Assembly: GCA_963849325.1 (NCBI GenBank)
Contig: CAWKHF010000002.1
Coordinates: forward strand, 64,001 to 128,000
Direction of reading: 5' to 3'
Length of the DNA stretch: 64,000 bases
Origin: an uncultured Planctomycetota bacterium
GTDB taxonomy: Bacteria; Planctomycetota; Planctomycetia; Gemmatales; Gemmataceae
Shown: in pieces, positions 19,090 to 30,953 of the stretch
Layout of the letters: each line of letters starts with the position of its first letter
How positions within the stretch are numbered: position 1 is the first letter of the stretch
Notes under the pieces: generated by a model
Databases searched by the model: none
What the model was told of the DNA's origin: nothing
Seen by the model: the letters and a program-made list of their open reading frames with translations, nothing else
Program-made: the position numbers and the translations under genes

Positions 19090-20919
19090 ATGCGATTCGA
19101 CTCTCGCCATCCCGCCGTCCTGAAGGGCCACGCGCTGCGGAACGCCCATCTGCGCAAACGCGCCCTGCGCCGCGCCGAAACGGCCCCGCCGCTGGCTCGC
19201 CTTCTCGTCACCATCCGGGCGCAGGTTCTCGGCCTGACACGCCTGGAACTGGCCCGCCGCTCCGGCATCAGTCGGGGCACCCTGCGCGACCTGGAGCTGG
19301 GCATCCACACGCCGACTCGACGAATCTTGCAGCAGTTCCTCGCCTTCTGCCAGCGTGCCGGCGTGCCGGACGAGCATCTGGAGCAGCTGCGCCGCCTCTA
19401 CGCTGGGGCGGGCGACACGCTGGAACAATTTATCGCGCGTCTGGAGTTGCGCGCCGGCTCGTCGCGCGAGTTGGCCCGGCGCGTCGGCATCAGTGCGGCG
19501 ACGCTGTGGGAGTATCGGCGCGGCAACTTCCCGCTGCCGCTGGCGCTATTGCGGCAGATGTGTGCCGCGGTCGGCCAGGACGCCGGCCCGGCGGAGATCC
19601 TCTGGCACGAGGCCGAACGGCAGCGCCTGCGCCAGCGCGGTTATCCGGAGGCGCTGGCCGAGTTCTGGGTGCTGTGCGGCCGCGCCGGCTGCACCGAGAA
19701 GCACCTGCTGTCGTTGGGCCTGAGCAGCGCGACGGTGCGCCGGCTGCGTTACCTGGAGCTGCCGGCCTGGCACGAAGTGGTCGAGGCGGCCCGGCGACTG
19801 TGCCGGGACGACGAGTTGGCGGCGCTCGAACGGCTGTGGCGCGGCGCCGAAAAAGCCCGGCCGGAGCGCTCTCCAGACGAGTTCGGCCCTCGCTTGCAGC
19901 AGTTCCGCAAACAACACGGCATCGACCGCCGCGAACTGGCCGACCTGTTCGGCATCGGCGGCAAGAAGCCGGCCCGCATCATCAAGTACATCGAGGAGGA
20001 CGGCTTTTATTCGGCCCAGGCATACCCGGCCGGTCTCGTCGCCCTGCTGGCGCCGGGCGCCGCCGACCGCGCCGCTCTCCTCGACGCCTGGCAGGAGCGC
20101 CGCACCCAGTTTCATCGCCGTCATCGTCCCGAGACGCGCATTGACCTGCGGTTGGCGCGCGAGCTGTACGGCTTCGAGCCGCGCGACATGGAGTCGATCC
20201 TGGGTTATTCCTCGCTGGAGTATCAGAAGATCGAGCGCGGCGTGCAAACCCTGGCGGACACCGCCCGCGAGCGCATTCGTCACGCCATCCACCAGGCCGG
20301 CCAGCGTCGCGTCGAGGCCCTGTTGCAACACCGCCGGCAGTGCGAGGCGGAGCGGGCCGCCTGGCAATGTCCGCCCTCGGTGCCGGCGCTGGTCACCCTC
20401 CTGGCCCGCCGCGAAGGCGGCCTGATCCCCCTGTCGCGTTATCTCAAGCGGGCCAATCTCAAAGGCCTGTGGACGGCCCGGCTGCGCGCCATCGCTCGCG
20501 GCGACGAAGTCCCGCCGTGGTGCGTACTGGAACAGATCGCCCGCGCCGGCGACGTTGCGGAGTGGGACGACCTGCGCGAAGACTGGAGGAAGCGCTATCG
20601 CCGGCACCTGGAGGCGCGCTATGCGTCGCCCCTGGCGGTGGAGCTGCGCCTGCTGATCGGCGAGACGGCCGAGTCGTTGCGCGATTTCAGCCCGCGACTG
20701 GGATTCAATTACTCCGTGCTCGTCCGCGATCTGCAGCGGATCGACCGCGATGACTTCGTGAAGTGGTTCCACGTCGAGCGGATCGCGCGGGCGGCCGGTC
20801 TGCCGGCCGAGGACGAGCGCTGGCGGGAAATCCACGCCCTCTGGCGCACGGCCAGTGATCGCAAGAAACCGTCGCCGCCGTCGCATCGCTGGGCCGCCTC
20901 CGCCGCCCGCCAGGATTGA
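19090..20919 (+). CDS. Multi-HTH (XRE-like) repeat protein
   Basis: RBS gaggag; about seven XRE-like modules, e.g. GLTRLELARRSGISRGTLRDLELG. Confidence 0.8.
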   Translation: MRFDSRHPAVLKGHALRNAHLRKRALRRAETAPPLARLLVTIRAQVLGLTRLELARRSGISRGTLRDLELGIHTPTRRILQQFLAFCQRAGVPDEHLEQLRRLYAGAGDTLEQFIARLELRAGSSRELARRVGISAATLWEYRRGNFPLPLALLRQMCAAVGQDAGPAEILWHEAERQRLRQRGYPEALAEFWVLCGRAGCTEKHLLSLGLSSATVRRLRYLELPAWHEVVEAARRLCRDDELAALERLWRGAEKARPERSPDEFGPRLQQFRKQHGIDRRELADLFGIGGKKPARIIKYIEEDGFYSAQAYPAGLVALLAPGAADRAALLDAWQERRTQFHRRHRPETRIDLRLARELYGFEPRDMESILGYSSLEYQKIERGVQTLADTARERIRHAIHQAGQRRVEALLQHRRQCEAERAAWQCPPSVPALVTLLARREGGLIPLSRYLKRANLKGLWTARLRAIARGDEVPPWCVLEQIARAGDVAEWDDLREDWRKRYRRHLEARYASPLAVELRLLIGETAESLRDFSPRLGFNYSVLVRDLQRIDRDDFVKWFHVERIARAAGLPAEDERWREIHALWRTASDRKKPSPPSHRWAASAARQD

Positions 20920-21007
20920 CGCCGCGCGCTGGCAACGCCGAGTGAATCCCTACAATGGCTGCGTTCGTCCGTCCTTCACCGGCTTTCTCGATCTCCGCGG
21001 TGTGCGC

Positions 21008-21241
21008 ATGATTAGTAAAGAGCTTCTCGACATCCTTCGCTGTCCCCTGGACCCCGGTCACACAGCCCGGTTGGACCAGGAAGCGGATGGCCTGGTGTGC
21101 CAGCGCTGCCGGCTCAAGTTCCCCATCAAGGAAGGCATCCCCTGCATGTTGATCGAGGAGGCGGAGCTGCCGCCCGGCGCGGCCGGCCTGCAAGCCTTAC
21201 CCTGCCAGCAGGCGCCCGTCGCCCAGGGGGCGCAAGGATGA
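21008..21241 (+). CDS. Trm112-family protein
   Basis: ELLDILRCP...LVCQRC...FPIKEGIP.ML.EEA pattern. Confidence 0.88.
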   Translation: MISKELLDILRCPLDPGHTARLDQEADGLVCQRCRLKFPIKEGIPCMLIEEAELPPGAAGLQALPCQQAPVAQGAQG

Positions 21242-22215
21242 TCGCTCATCGTCTCTACGTCGGCACCATTGGCGAGGGCATGTTCCGCAGTCTCGACGGC
21301 GGCGAGACGTTCCGCCGCGCCTGCGAGAACATGTTCGTCGAGTGTCACGTCCGTGCCCTGGCCGTGCATCCGCGGCGGCCGGACACCCTCTATCTCGGCA
21401 GCGAACAGGGACTGTACGTCAGCACGGACGGCGCCGACAACTGGAGCCGGCTGCCGGCGCCGCTGGACGGTTTGCAAGTGTGGTCATTGTGGATCGTGCC
21501 GCAGCGTCCCGAGGTCCTCCTCGTCGGCACCTGTCCCGCGCGCTTGTTCCGTTCGGAAGACGGTGGGCGGACGTGGAGCGAAGCCGAGGCAAATTTGGAG
21601 CGCGAATGTCCGCGTTTGCTGTGGACGCGCGTCACCGGCATCGTCGGCGATCCGGCAAACCCGGATCGGCTGTGGGCCGGTGTCGAGATCGATGGCGTAC
21701 ACCACAGCCGCGACGGCGGACGCACCTGGCAGCCGATCGGCAGTGGACTCAGCTCGCGCGACATCCACGCCATCGTGATTGTGCCCGGCCACGGGGGCAA
21801 GCCGCGGCGTTTGCTGGCCGCGACAAACAACGATTTGAACGTCAGTGAGGACGACGGCGTCACCTGGCGGCCGTTGCAAATTGGGCAGTCGATGCCGTGG
21901 TCCTACTGTCGCACACTGGCCCAGCCGTGCGGCCGGCCCGACGTGATCTTGCTGGGCAACGGCGACTTCCCGCCTGGCTCGGCCGGCGTCGTCGGGCGTT
22001 CCGTCGATGGCGGCACCACCTGGCAACTCGCCGACATGCCCGGCCGGGCCAACAGCACGATCTGGAACTTCGCCGTCCACCCCGCCGACCCACAGATGAT
22101 TTACGCCAGCAGCGTCAGCGGCCAGGTCTATCGTTCCCTTGACGGCGGCGTGTCCTGGCGCCGACTCGCGCGCGAGTTCGGCGAGGTCCGGGCGCTGGCG
22201 TGGGCGCCGGCGTGA
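21238..22215 (+). CDS. BNR/Asp-box beta-propeller protein
   Basis: Repeated S.DGG.TW boxes; ATGA overlap with the Trm112 gene. Confidence 0.85.
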   Translation: MIAHRLYVGTIGEGMFRSLDGGETFRRACENMFVECHVRALAVHPRRPDTLYLGSEQGLYVSTDGADNWSRLPAPLDGLQVWSLWIVPQRPEVLLVGTCPARLFRSEDGGRTWSEAEANLERECPRLLWTRVTGIVGDPANPDRLWAGVEIDGVHHSRDGGRTWQPIGSGLSSRDIHAIVIVPGHGGKPRRLLAATNNDLNVSEDDGVTWRPLQIGQSMPWSYCRTLAQPCGRPDVILLGNGDFPPGSAGVVGRSVDGGTTWQLADMPGRANSTIWNFAVHPADPQMIYASSVSGQVYRSLDGGVSWRRLAREFGEVRALAWAPA

Positions 22216-22220
22216 GGCGA

Positions 22221-22290
22221 AGGGCGAACGGCCGGCGTAAGCCGGCTGGTGGGGCCAAAAACCAGCCGGCTTACGCCGGCCGTTCGCCCT
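22221..22290. repeat. Palindromic repeat, family C
   Basis: agggcgaacggccggcgtaagccggctggt / accagccggcttacgccggccgttcgccct; second copy at 30756. Confidence 0.9.
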
Positions 22291-22296
22291 CAAAGT

Positions 22297-24060
22297 TCAA
22301 AATTCCATCTCGCGCAGTGTGCGGATGCCGGCGCAGCGGCAGAACGACGCTCACCACGCCGATCCCCAGACCGATCGCCGTCCCGGCGGCCGCGGCGCCC
22401 CCAATTACGCCCGACAGGCTCGAATCGGCCTCGACCAGCATCGTCCGCGCATGCCACGGAGCGGCCATCAAGCCGAGGATCACCAACAGAAACAACAGAC
22501 TCGCCACCAGGTTCAAGGTGCCGCCAAAGCCGGCGGCGATCTTCGACGGATCGGTCTCGCGGAAGTTCGGCATGCACGCGCCCAGGCCGACGCTCAGGCC
22601 GCTCAGTCCCGCCGCCAGCACCGCCACCGTCAACACGTGCAACAGCACCACCTCGACCGGCATCCGCAACATCATGTCGCTCACCAGCACCAAAAACTCG
22701 GCGATCAGCAGGCCGCCTGTCGTGGCGAAGGCGAATTTGCCCCACAACAGCTGTTCGCGCCGCACCGGCAGCAGACCGAGGATCCAGAACTTGCGCCCCT
22801 CCAGGCTCAGCATCGGATAGACGAACCGTCCCGTGTAGGTACACAACAGCAGGGCGACGGCGCACAGGTTGAGGAAGCTGATACTGTTCTGATAGGGAGC
22901 TTCCAGGTTCTCGACGAAACGGCGGATGTTTGTGAAATACAGCAGCATCAGACCGCAAAAGACCAGGACTTGTCCCCACTGCTGCGGATCGCGGCGGAAG
23001 GTGCGGAAGTCCTTGACGATCAACAGTCGTGTGCTGGGGTGGAGGAAGGGCAGCGCCGCGACGAGCACTCGGTCGATCCAGGCGCCGGCGTAGGCGCCGG
23101 AGCGGCGGCGGTCTTCGGGACGGCGGCGCGGCGCGTGCTCGCCCCGGTTATCATGCGATTGTATCCGCGCCGATACAGCCACGACGACGATTGGGCCGCC
23201 AACAGATACAGTAGTAGTCCGTTGCTCCACACCAGGGCCAGGTAGTACAGCGAGCCGGCCACGTCCTGGCGCACGGATCGCCGCAGTCCGACCGAGACCC
23301 AATGGCTCGGCGCCAGCGGACTGCCGGTGAAGCGAAAGTGACTCAGCAGGCGCGTGACGGCCTCGCGCGTCTCGCGCTGCCACAGCTCCGACGAGGACGA
23401 CTTGCCCATACGGTAGATCCACAAGCCCAGCGCGAGCGCGAGCAAAACGAGACACATCGCCAGCACTTGCTTGCGTCCCCGAGGGACGTAATTGACGAGG
23501 AGCAGGGCGAACAGCCCCCCCAGCGAACCCGGCAACAGCACGAAGCCGAGGAAGAACAGCGGCAACAGCGCGTAGAAGTGCCACGGCGCCTCACAGGCCA
23601 GACCGTAGGCAATGAGGATGGGTCCACCCAGCAGCAGAAAGGCCCAGCTGCTGAACGCCACCGCTCCCTGGAACTTGTAGGCGAACACCTGGTCGGCCGC
23701 GACTGGCCGGGACAGCAGGAAGTTCGTTTCCGCCGAGGTGAACAGGCTGCCATACAAGATCAGCCCGCTGGAAAAGATCAGCAAAAGGGCCAGCGACAAA
23801 AACAGCAGGTCGAGCAGGATGCCGACGATGCCGCCCTCCAGCGGCACGCCAATCTCTTTCTTGAGGAACGTGAAGCCGCCCAGGCTGACGGAGAAAACGA
23901 ACACCCAGACGATGACGCTGCACAGCAGAATGGTCAGCGGCCGCATGGATGACTGCCCGAACAGCTGCCGCCACGAATTGCGCAACAGCCGCCAGCGCAG
24001 TCTCTGAAACAACAAGGCCTGGTTAACCGGCCGGTCGGCGTCCATCCATTCCCCCACCAT
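22297..24060 (-). CDS. Putative ABC exporter permease (frameshifted)
   Basis: ORFs 23020-24063 and 22271-23584 join; ETNFLLSRPV, KDFRTFRRDPQQW and SLEGRKFWILGLLP motifs. Confidence 0.8.
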
Positions 24061-24824
24061 CACCTTGTCACCCGGTCATCCGTCGTCGTCGGAGCCTGGT
24101 CCTCCAACGCTCGGGTCAGGGTCAGAAACACGTCTTCGAGCGAGCCATCCACGGCGGCCTGGTCGCGCAGCGCCTTGAGGCTGCCGCAGGCGACGAGCCG
24201 GCCGTGCTCGATGATGGCGATGCGATCGGCCAGCTCCTCCACCACGTCGAGCGAGTGCGACGACAGGAACACGGTTGTGCCGCGGTCGGCCTGGCGGCGC
24301 AGCAGGTCTTTGAGACGACGGACGCTGTGTGGGTCGAGTCCGACCGTCGGCTCATCGACGATGAGGATGCGCGGTTCGTGGACCAGCGCCGAAGCGAACA
24401 CGGTGCGCTGCCTCATGCCGTGCGAGTAACGCTCGGTCAAGTCATCCACGAATTCGTGCAGCTCAAACAGCTCGATGACCTCGGCAATGCGTTCCGCCGT
24501 CTGTGTCCGCGTCAGGCCATACATGTCGGCGATGAACTGCAGGAACTCGCGGCCGGTCAGCTTCTCATACAGGAAGGGCTGGTCCGGGACATAGCTGAGC
24601 AGCCGGCGCGCACGGTCGCCGTCGTGGCGCAGGTCGTGGCCGCCAAGGAGTACCGACCCGGACGTGGGGAACAGTAGGCCGCACATCATCTTGATGGTAG
24701 TCGTCTTGCCGGCACCGTTGGGACCGAGGAAAGCGAACAGCTCGCCCGCCGGAATGTCCAGGCTCAGTTCGTGGACGGCCGTCTTGTTGCCGTACTGTTT
24801 GGTGACGCGATCCAGTTTGATCAT
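24060..24824 (-). CDS. ABC transporter ATP-binding protein
   Basis: GPNGAGKTT, YSHGMRQR, VDEPTVGLDP and SSH motifs. Confidence 0.95.
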   Translation of the reverse strand: MIKLDRVTKQYGNKTAVHELSLDIPAGELFAFLGPNGAGKTTTIKMMCGLLFPTSGSVLLGGHDLRHDGDRARRLLSYVPDQPFLYEKLTGREFLQFIADMYGLTRTQTAERIAEVIELFELHEFVDDLTERYSHGMRQRTVFASALVHEPRILIVDEPTVGLDPHSVRRLKDLLRRQADRGTTVFLSSHSLDVVEELADRIAIIEHGRLVACGSLKALRDQAAVDGSLEDVFLTLTRALEDQAPTTTDDRVTR

Positions 24825-24849
24825 GGTTCGTTCCGGCGACGGTCGAGAG

Positions 24850-25763
24850 TCAGAAAGGGGATTTGGAGGCCTTGCGTAGATCTTCGCGCTTCATGAGCCA
24901 ACGTTCGCCCTCCTGGATGGCCTCTTGCTGCTGGACTCGTTCGCTGTCCTGCTCGACCCAGGTGCGGCCGACGATCTCGCCTTCCGATTCGTACTCGATG
25001 ACCAGGCAGGTGAGGTCCACATCTTTTCCCATGTTCAACACCTGCGGCTGCGGCAGGACGCGGGCGTTGGCGTAGCGAACGCCGCTGGAGAAGCCGGGCA
25101 GACCGGCGAAGGCATCGTGGAAGGGATCGACCAGGGGTTGGCGCCAGCTCTGTCCGGGGCGTAAGCCGTGGATGCGGCTGACCGGATGCAGCGGCATGAC
25201 CACGGAACCATTGTACGAGAGGGGGGCAGCGGGGAGATCAATCTTCACCGTTCCCTCGCCGGAAACATCCGGGAGGGCAAGGTGAGCGAAGAGTTGTCCG
25301 TCGTGTACTTCTCCCCATAAACGAAGTTCAGGTTTCCATGGCGATGACGATTTGGAGGGAGACTTCGAGCTCAGGTTCACGTCCACTGCTTGCAACTGGC
25401 CGGGCGCGTGACGCGGTATTGACTGGACATGAACTGCACGTGCAACTTGGCCAGGGAGTAGGGATGCTTGGTGTCGATGGCATTGAATTCGGCATTCAGG
25501 GCGAAGATGTCGTTGTCCGCGTCGTAGTCCACCCACGTCGTGGCCCGAAAGATTCTCTGCAACGACGTGTCGCCCTCGCCTTGCCGCAGGACGTCCCAGT
25601 TCGTTTTCAGCCTGGGACCTTTTTGCACTTCCTCCACGAGGTCGATGTGGAAGGGCGGCGGCTCTCCGGGTCGCCATTCCGGCCAAAGGTCGTGATAGAC
25701 CAGCCAGGCCGTCGTTGCCAGCCAGAAGACGAGGATCGCCAAGCTCATCCACCGTGAAGGCAT
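24850..25763 (-). CDS. Hypothetical membrane-anchored protein (frameshift near 25400)
   Basis: N-terminal TM segment (AILVFWLATTAWLV) from ORF 25377 joins the C-terminus of ORF 24850; first gene of the ABC operon. Confidence 0.65.
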
Positions 25764-25886
25764 GATTGGTCTCGTTCCCGTCTCCCATGAAGATACAGAC
25801 AATACCTCATTCATTGTCGCACAGAGGCGCGGACAGACAAGTAGGGTGGATCGAGTGGCACGAGAACCACCGGCGGCCGCCGCTGT

Positions 25887-28313
25887 TCATGGCGTCTTCC
25901 TCCGCCCATTGCCGGTATCGAGCACGCAGACCCACTTTCGGCCGCCCATGCGTGCGTGACCGAAGCCGATGCGCTCCAGCTCCGGCGCCAGCAGCGGGAT
26001 GCGATGGTACAGCGTGGACATCCAGCCGTCGATGCACGTCCGCGGGTCGAGCACGACGGCGATCACCGATTCCTTCGCCGCCCGCGCTCCCTCCACCGTC
26101 GCGCCGGGCAGGCCCGCATCTTCCCGGTGTACTCCCAGCCCCTGCGCCGCTGAGTGTTTGGCGTTAAGAGCCAGGTAGCGGGTGTGGGACTGACAACCGC
26201 GTGACAGTTCCGTATCGAGACGAACCGCCGGCAGACCGGCAGCCCCGCGCACCGCGTTCACCCGCGCCAGGACCTTCTCATTGAGATCGTCCGCAAAGCG
26301 ATCCGGCTGCCGAATCGTGGTGAAGCTCCAGCTTCGTTTCCACGGCTGGCCATCCACCTCGGCCTGGAACGTCACGGTATAGCGAGTGTCCGGCTTCAGT
26401 GGTGCGCGGGGGACCAGGCAGATCGCTCGCTGGGGGAAGTCGGCGATGGCCGGCTTCTCCGGCGTCGAAAGCCAGCCCTCCACCGCCTCGCCCTTGTCCT
26501 CGACGATCTTCGCCGTCGCCTCCGTCACCGTGGCGCGAGCCAGGAACTCCGCCGTGATGGCGTAGCCGGTCTCGCGGTCCTTCTTCTCGGGCGGAATGGG
26601 GCTCGGCACTTCCTCGGGAGGATAAAGGAGCGGAACTTCTTTCTGGTCCGGCGCGGGGTAGAGGATCTCCTCGGTCGGGGTGAATCGTCCGCGCTCGCGC
26701 CGCAGGTCCATGACCCAGATCCAACCGCCGCGCGCGAACGGCGTATAACCCAACCCCAGCGCCTGCAAACGCGGATCGAGCAACTGCGACCGGCTGATGA
26801 TCGAATCGACGAGTCCGGTCACGGCTTCGACCGGCCCGCCGCCGCCCTGGATCGCCGCTCGCCGAGCGATGGCCGCACCCGCCGCCGTGTAGCTGGGCAG
26901 GTCGCGCTTCTCCTCGTTCCAGTTGAGCATGGGATCGCCGGGCGCATTCGCCCCCAGGTAGAGAGCGTGGGCGGCGCACGCCTTCGACAGCTCGGTGTCG
27001 AGAGGGACCGGCCGTAAGCCGGCGCGGCGGCGCAGCTCATTCAGCGTCCGCAGCAGCGTGCCGGCGGTCTCGTGACGGATCTCGCCGTCGCTGAGCGTCG
27101 TGAAGCTCCATTTCGCCGACCACGGCTCGCCGTCGATTCGCGCCGTTACTTCGATGGTGTAGCGGCGGTTCGGCCGCAGCGGCTGGCGAGCGATCAGGCA
27201 GATCGTGCCGCGCTGGGCGTCGGCGTAGCGCGGATTGGCCGGCTTCTCCGGCGACGACAACCACACCGCGATGTCCGACTCGTCCTTGTCGCTCAGGCGG
27301 GCGGTCACGGACTCGACGCGCGTCCGCGGCGCAAAGGTGAGCGTAATGGGATAACCGGCCAGCTTGTTCGCCGCCGTTGCCTCGGGGAGCGGGTCGGGCG
27401 TCTCGTTGCCGGGGAACCACAGCGGTACGCGCATCTGTCCCGGCGCCGGATAGACCCTCGCGCCGGTCACGGCCGAGGTCGGCGATAGTCCGCGGTCGAT
27501 GCCACTGGCCCAGTCGAACACGGAAAACCACTGCCCCGCCGTGTTGCGAGCGAAGCCGGCGCCGAAGGTTCGCAAGCGCGGTTCGAGGATCACCGCTCGC
27601 CGGGCCGGTTCCTTCAGCCACTTTTCGATAGCGGCCAACGGCTCCTCCGCCGCCTGAAAATCCGGCCCTTCGTCGGCCAACCGGGAGGGGTTACGGGCGA
27701 GATTGTCGGCCTGTGACTGACACTTGCTTGACACGACCGCGTTGAGAAAGACCGGCTCTAGCCCTGCTTTCGCACGATGGACATTGACGGCATCCACAAT
27801 CTGAAATTCCAGCTCCGGAGGCCAATCGTCCGCCAGCGCGATCTCTTTCTTCTCCTCGACGGGCGGCGAGGCGGGTGGAGGCGGCGGCTTCTCGATGACG
27901 GAAGGTTTGTAGTCGGGTGACTTCTTCTCGGGTGGCTTCGTTTCCACCGCCGCGCTCGGCGCGTCCGCGGCGACGGGTTTCTCTTCCGCGGGCGTACTCG
28001 GCGGGACGGGAACCTTGGCGAGGGCAACCGGCTCGGGTTTGTGGTCAATCGAACGCACCAGCAGCCAGATTCCGCCTCCGGCGCTCGCCAACAACAGCAC
28101 GACGGCAAGGGCAACGAGGAGGACTTTGGGCGAATGGAGTCGTGTCCGGGCTCCCAGAGGTTGTTTCTCGGAGCGCGGAAGCAAACCCGCTCGCTCCGTC
28201 AAACGCGGCACGCGCATCCGCTGCCGGCACTTTGGGCACGTCACCGCCGTTCCCGCCTGCTCGGGACGGGCCGACAGAGAGACCTTGCACCTCGGACATG
28301 CGAAACGAATCAC
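25887..28313 (-). CDS. Zinc-ribbon / TM / triple CAP(SCP)-domain protein
   Basis: CPRC...CPKC, one TM helix, three N..R..AGL.PV.L CAP starts, WMSTLYHRIPLL, and two YPAP.Q..VPL Ig-like modules. Confidence 0.8.
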   Translation of the reverse strand: MIRFACPRCKVSLSARPEQAGTAVTCPKCRQRMRVPRLTERAGLLPRSEKQPLGARTRLHSPKVLLVALAVVLLLASAGGGIWLLVRSIDHKPEPVALAKVPVPPSTPAEEKPVAADAPSAAVETKPPEKKSPDYKPSVIEKPPPPPASPPVEEKKEIALADDWPPELEFQIVDAVNVHRAKAGLEPVFLNAVVSSKCQSQADNLARNPSRLADEGPDFQAAEEPLAAIEKWLKEPARRAVILEPRLRTFGAGFARNTAGQWFSVFDWASGIDRGLSPTSAVTGARVYPAPGQMRVPLWFPGNETPDPLPEATAANKLAGYPITLTFAPRTRVESVTARLSDKDESDIAVWLSSPEKPANPRYADAQRGTICLIARQPLRPNRRYTIEVTARIDGEPWSAKWSFTTLSDGEIRHETAGTLLRTLNELRRRAGLRPVPLDTELSKACAAHALYLGANAPGDPMLNWNEEKRDLPSYTAAGAAIARRAAIQGGGGPVEAVTGLVDSIISRSQLLDPRLQALGLGYTPFARGGWIWVMDLRRERGRFTPTEEILYPAPDQKEVPLLYPPEEVPSPIPPEKKDRETGYAITAEFLARATVTEATAKIVEDKGEAVEGWLSTPEKPAIADFPQRAICLVPRAPLKPDTRYTVTFQAEVDGQPWKRSWSFTTIRQPDRFADDLNEKVLARVNAVRGAAGLPAVRLDTELSRGCQSHTRYLALNAKHSAAQGLGVHREDAGLPGATVEGARAAKESVIAVVLDPRTCIDGWMSTLYHRIPLLAPELERIGFGHARMGGRKWVCVLDTGNGRRKTP

Positions 28314-28412
28314 CCGGCCCTCCTCCCTTCGCACCCGTCGTCCCTCTCCTCCCTCGCTCAGTATGACGGAGTTTCGCTCTCCTCGCAACGGTGGCGAATG
28401 CGCCGGAAACGA

Positions 28413-28480
28413 ACCGAGCCGCGACCGTCAGGGAGCGGGGAGTTGGTACTTCCCCCACTCCCTGACGGTCGCGGCTCGGT
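28413..28480. repeat. Palindromic repeat, family D
   Basis: accgagccgcgaccgtcagggag / ctccctgacggtcgcggctcggt; copies at 61232 and a half copy at 41735. Confidence 0.9.
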
Positions 28481-28496
28481 CCTGTCCGCTCGGTCC

Positions 28497-30443
<1,947 letters not shown>

Positions 30444-30619
30444 CGCGTTGTTCTCCTTTCTGAACGGCCGTCCACGTCAAATGTCCCGCCATCCGGGTCT
30501 GATAGCGGCCGTCGGGTGTTCCGGGAAGTTAGGGAGGAACTCCCGGTCTTCTCTTGGAATTGCCGCACGATCCGGGAGATGTCTCCTCGTTGGAGTTAGT
30601 GCAAATCTGATCTTGTTAT

Positions 30620-30636
30620 AGCAACGATCATGCCAG
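30620..30636 (-). promoter_or_regulatory. Sigma54 promoter upstream of dnaK
   Basis: Minus strand CTGGCATGATCGTTGCT (GG-N10-GC). Confidence 0.7.
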
Positions 30637-30755
30637 GAGGACCGGATTCGCCCCCTCTGCCCTAATTCTCTGTTGCTATCGGACTTAAAGAGACAGCCTT
30701 CTCGCTTCTTTGCTCGGGCTGAAGCCGCACTATCACGCTTTCCTGTCAAATTGAC

Positions 30756-30823
30756 AGGCGAACGGCCGGCGTGAGCTGGCTGGTGTCGTCTCCAACCAGC
30801 CGGCTCACGCCGGCCGTTCGCCT
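30756..30823. repeat. Family C palindromic repeat
   Basis: Near-identical arms to 22221-22290. Confidence 0.88.
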
Positions 30824-30883
30824 TTCTGCTCGGACGACAACAAGGCCAAAGTGGCAAATCCTCTTGAGTTTGCGTCCAATCCG

Positions 30884-30912
30884 TTGACACCCTGTTTACT
30901 CCCGAATAGACT
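30884..30912 (+). promoter_or_regulatory. Sigma70 promoter of pheA-aroF-tpiA
   Basis: TTGACA-17 bp-TAGACT. Confidence 0.75.
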
Positions 30913-30953
30913 ACGGTGATATTTGTGACGCTACCTCTTGATGAGACTTCTCC

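Noticed and set aside
30480-30720. CIRCE operator before dnaK
   Set aside because: No TTAGCACTC-N9-GAGTGCTAA match.
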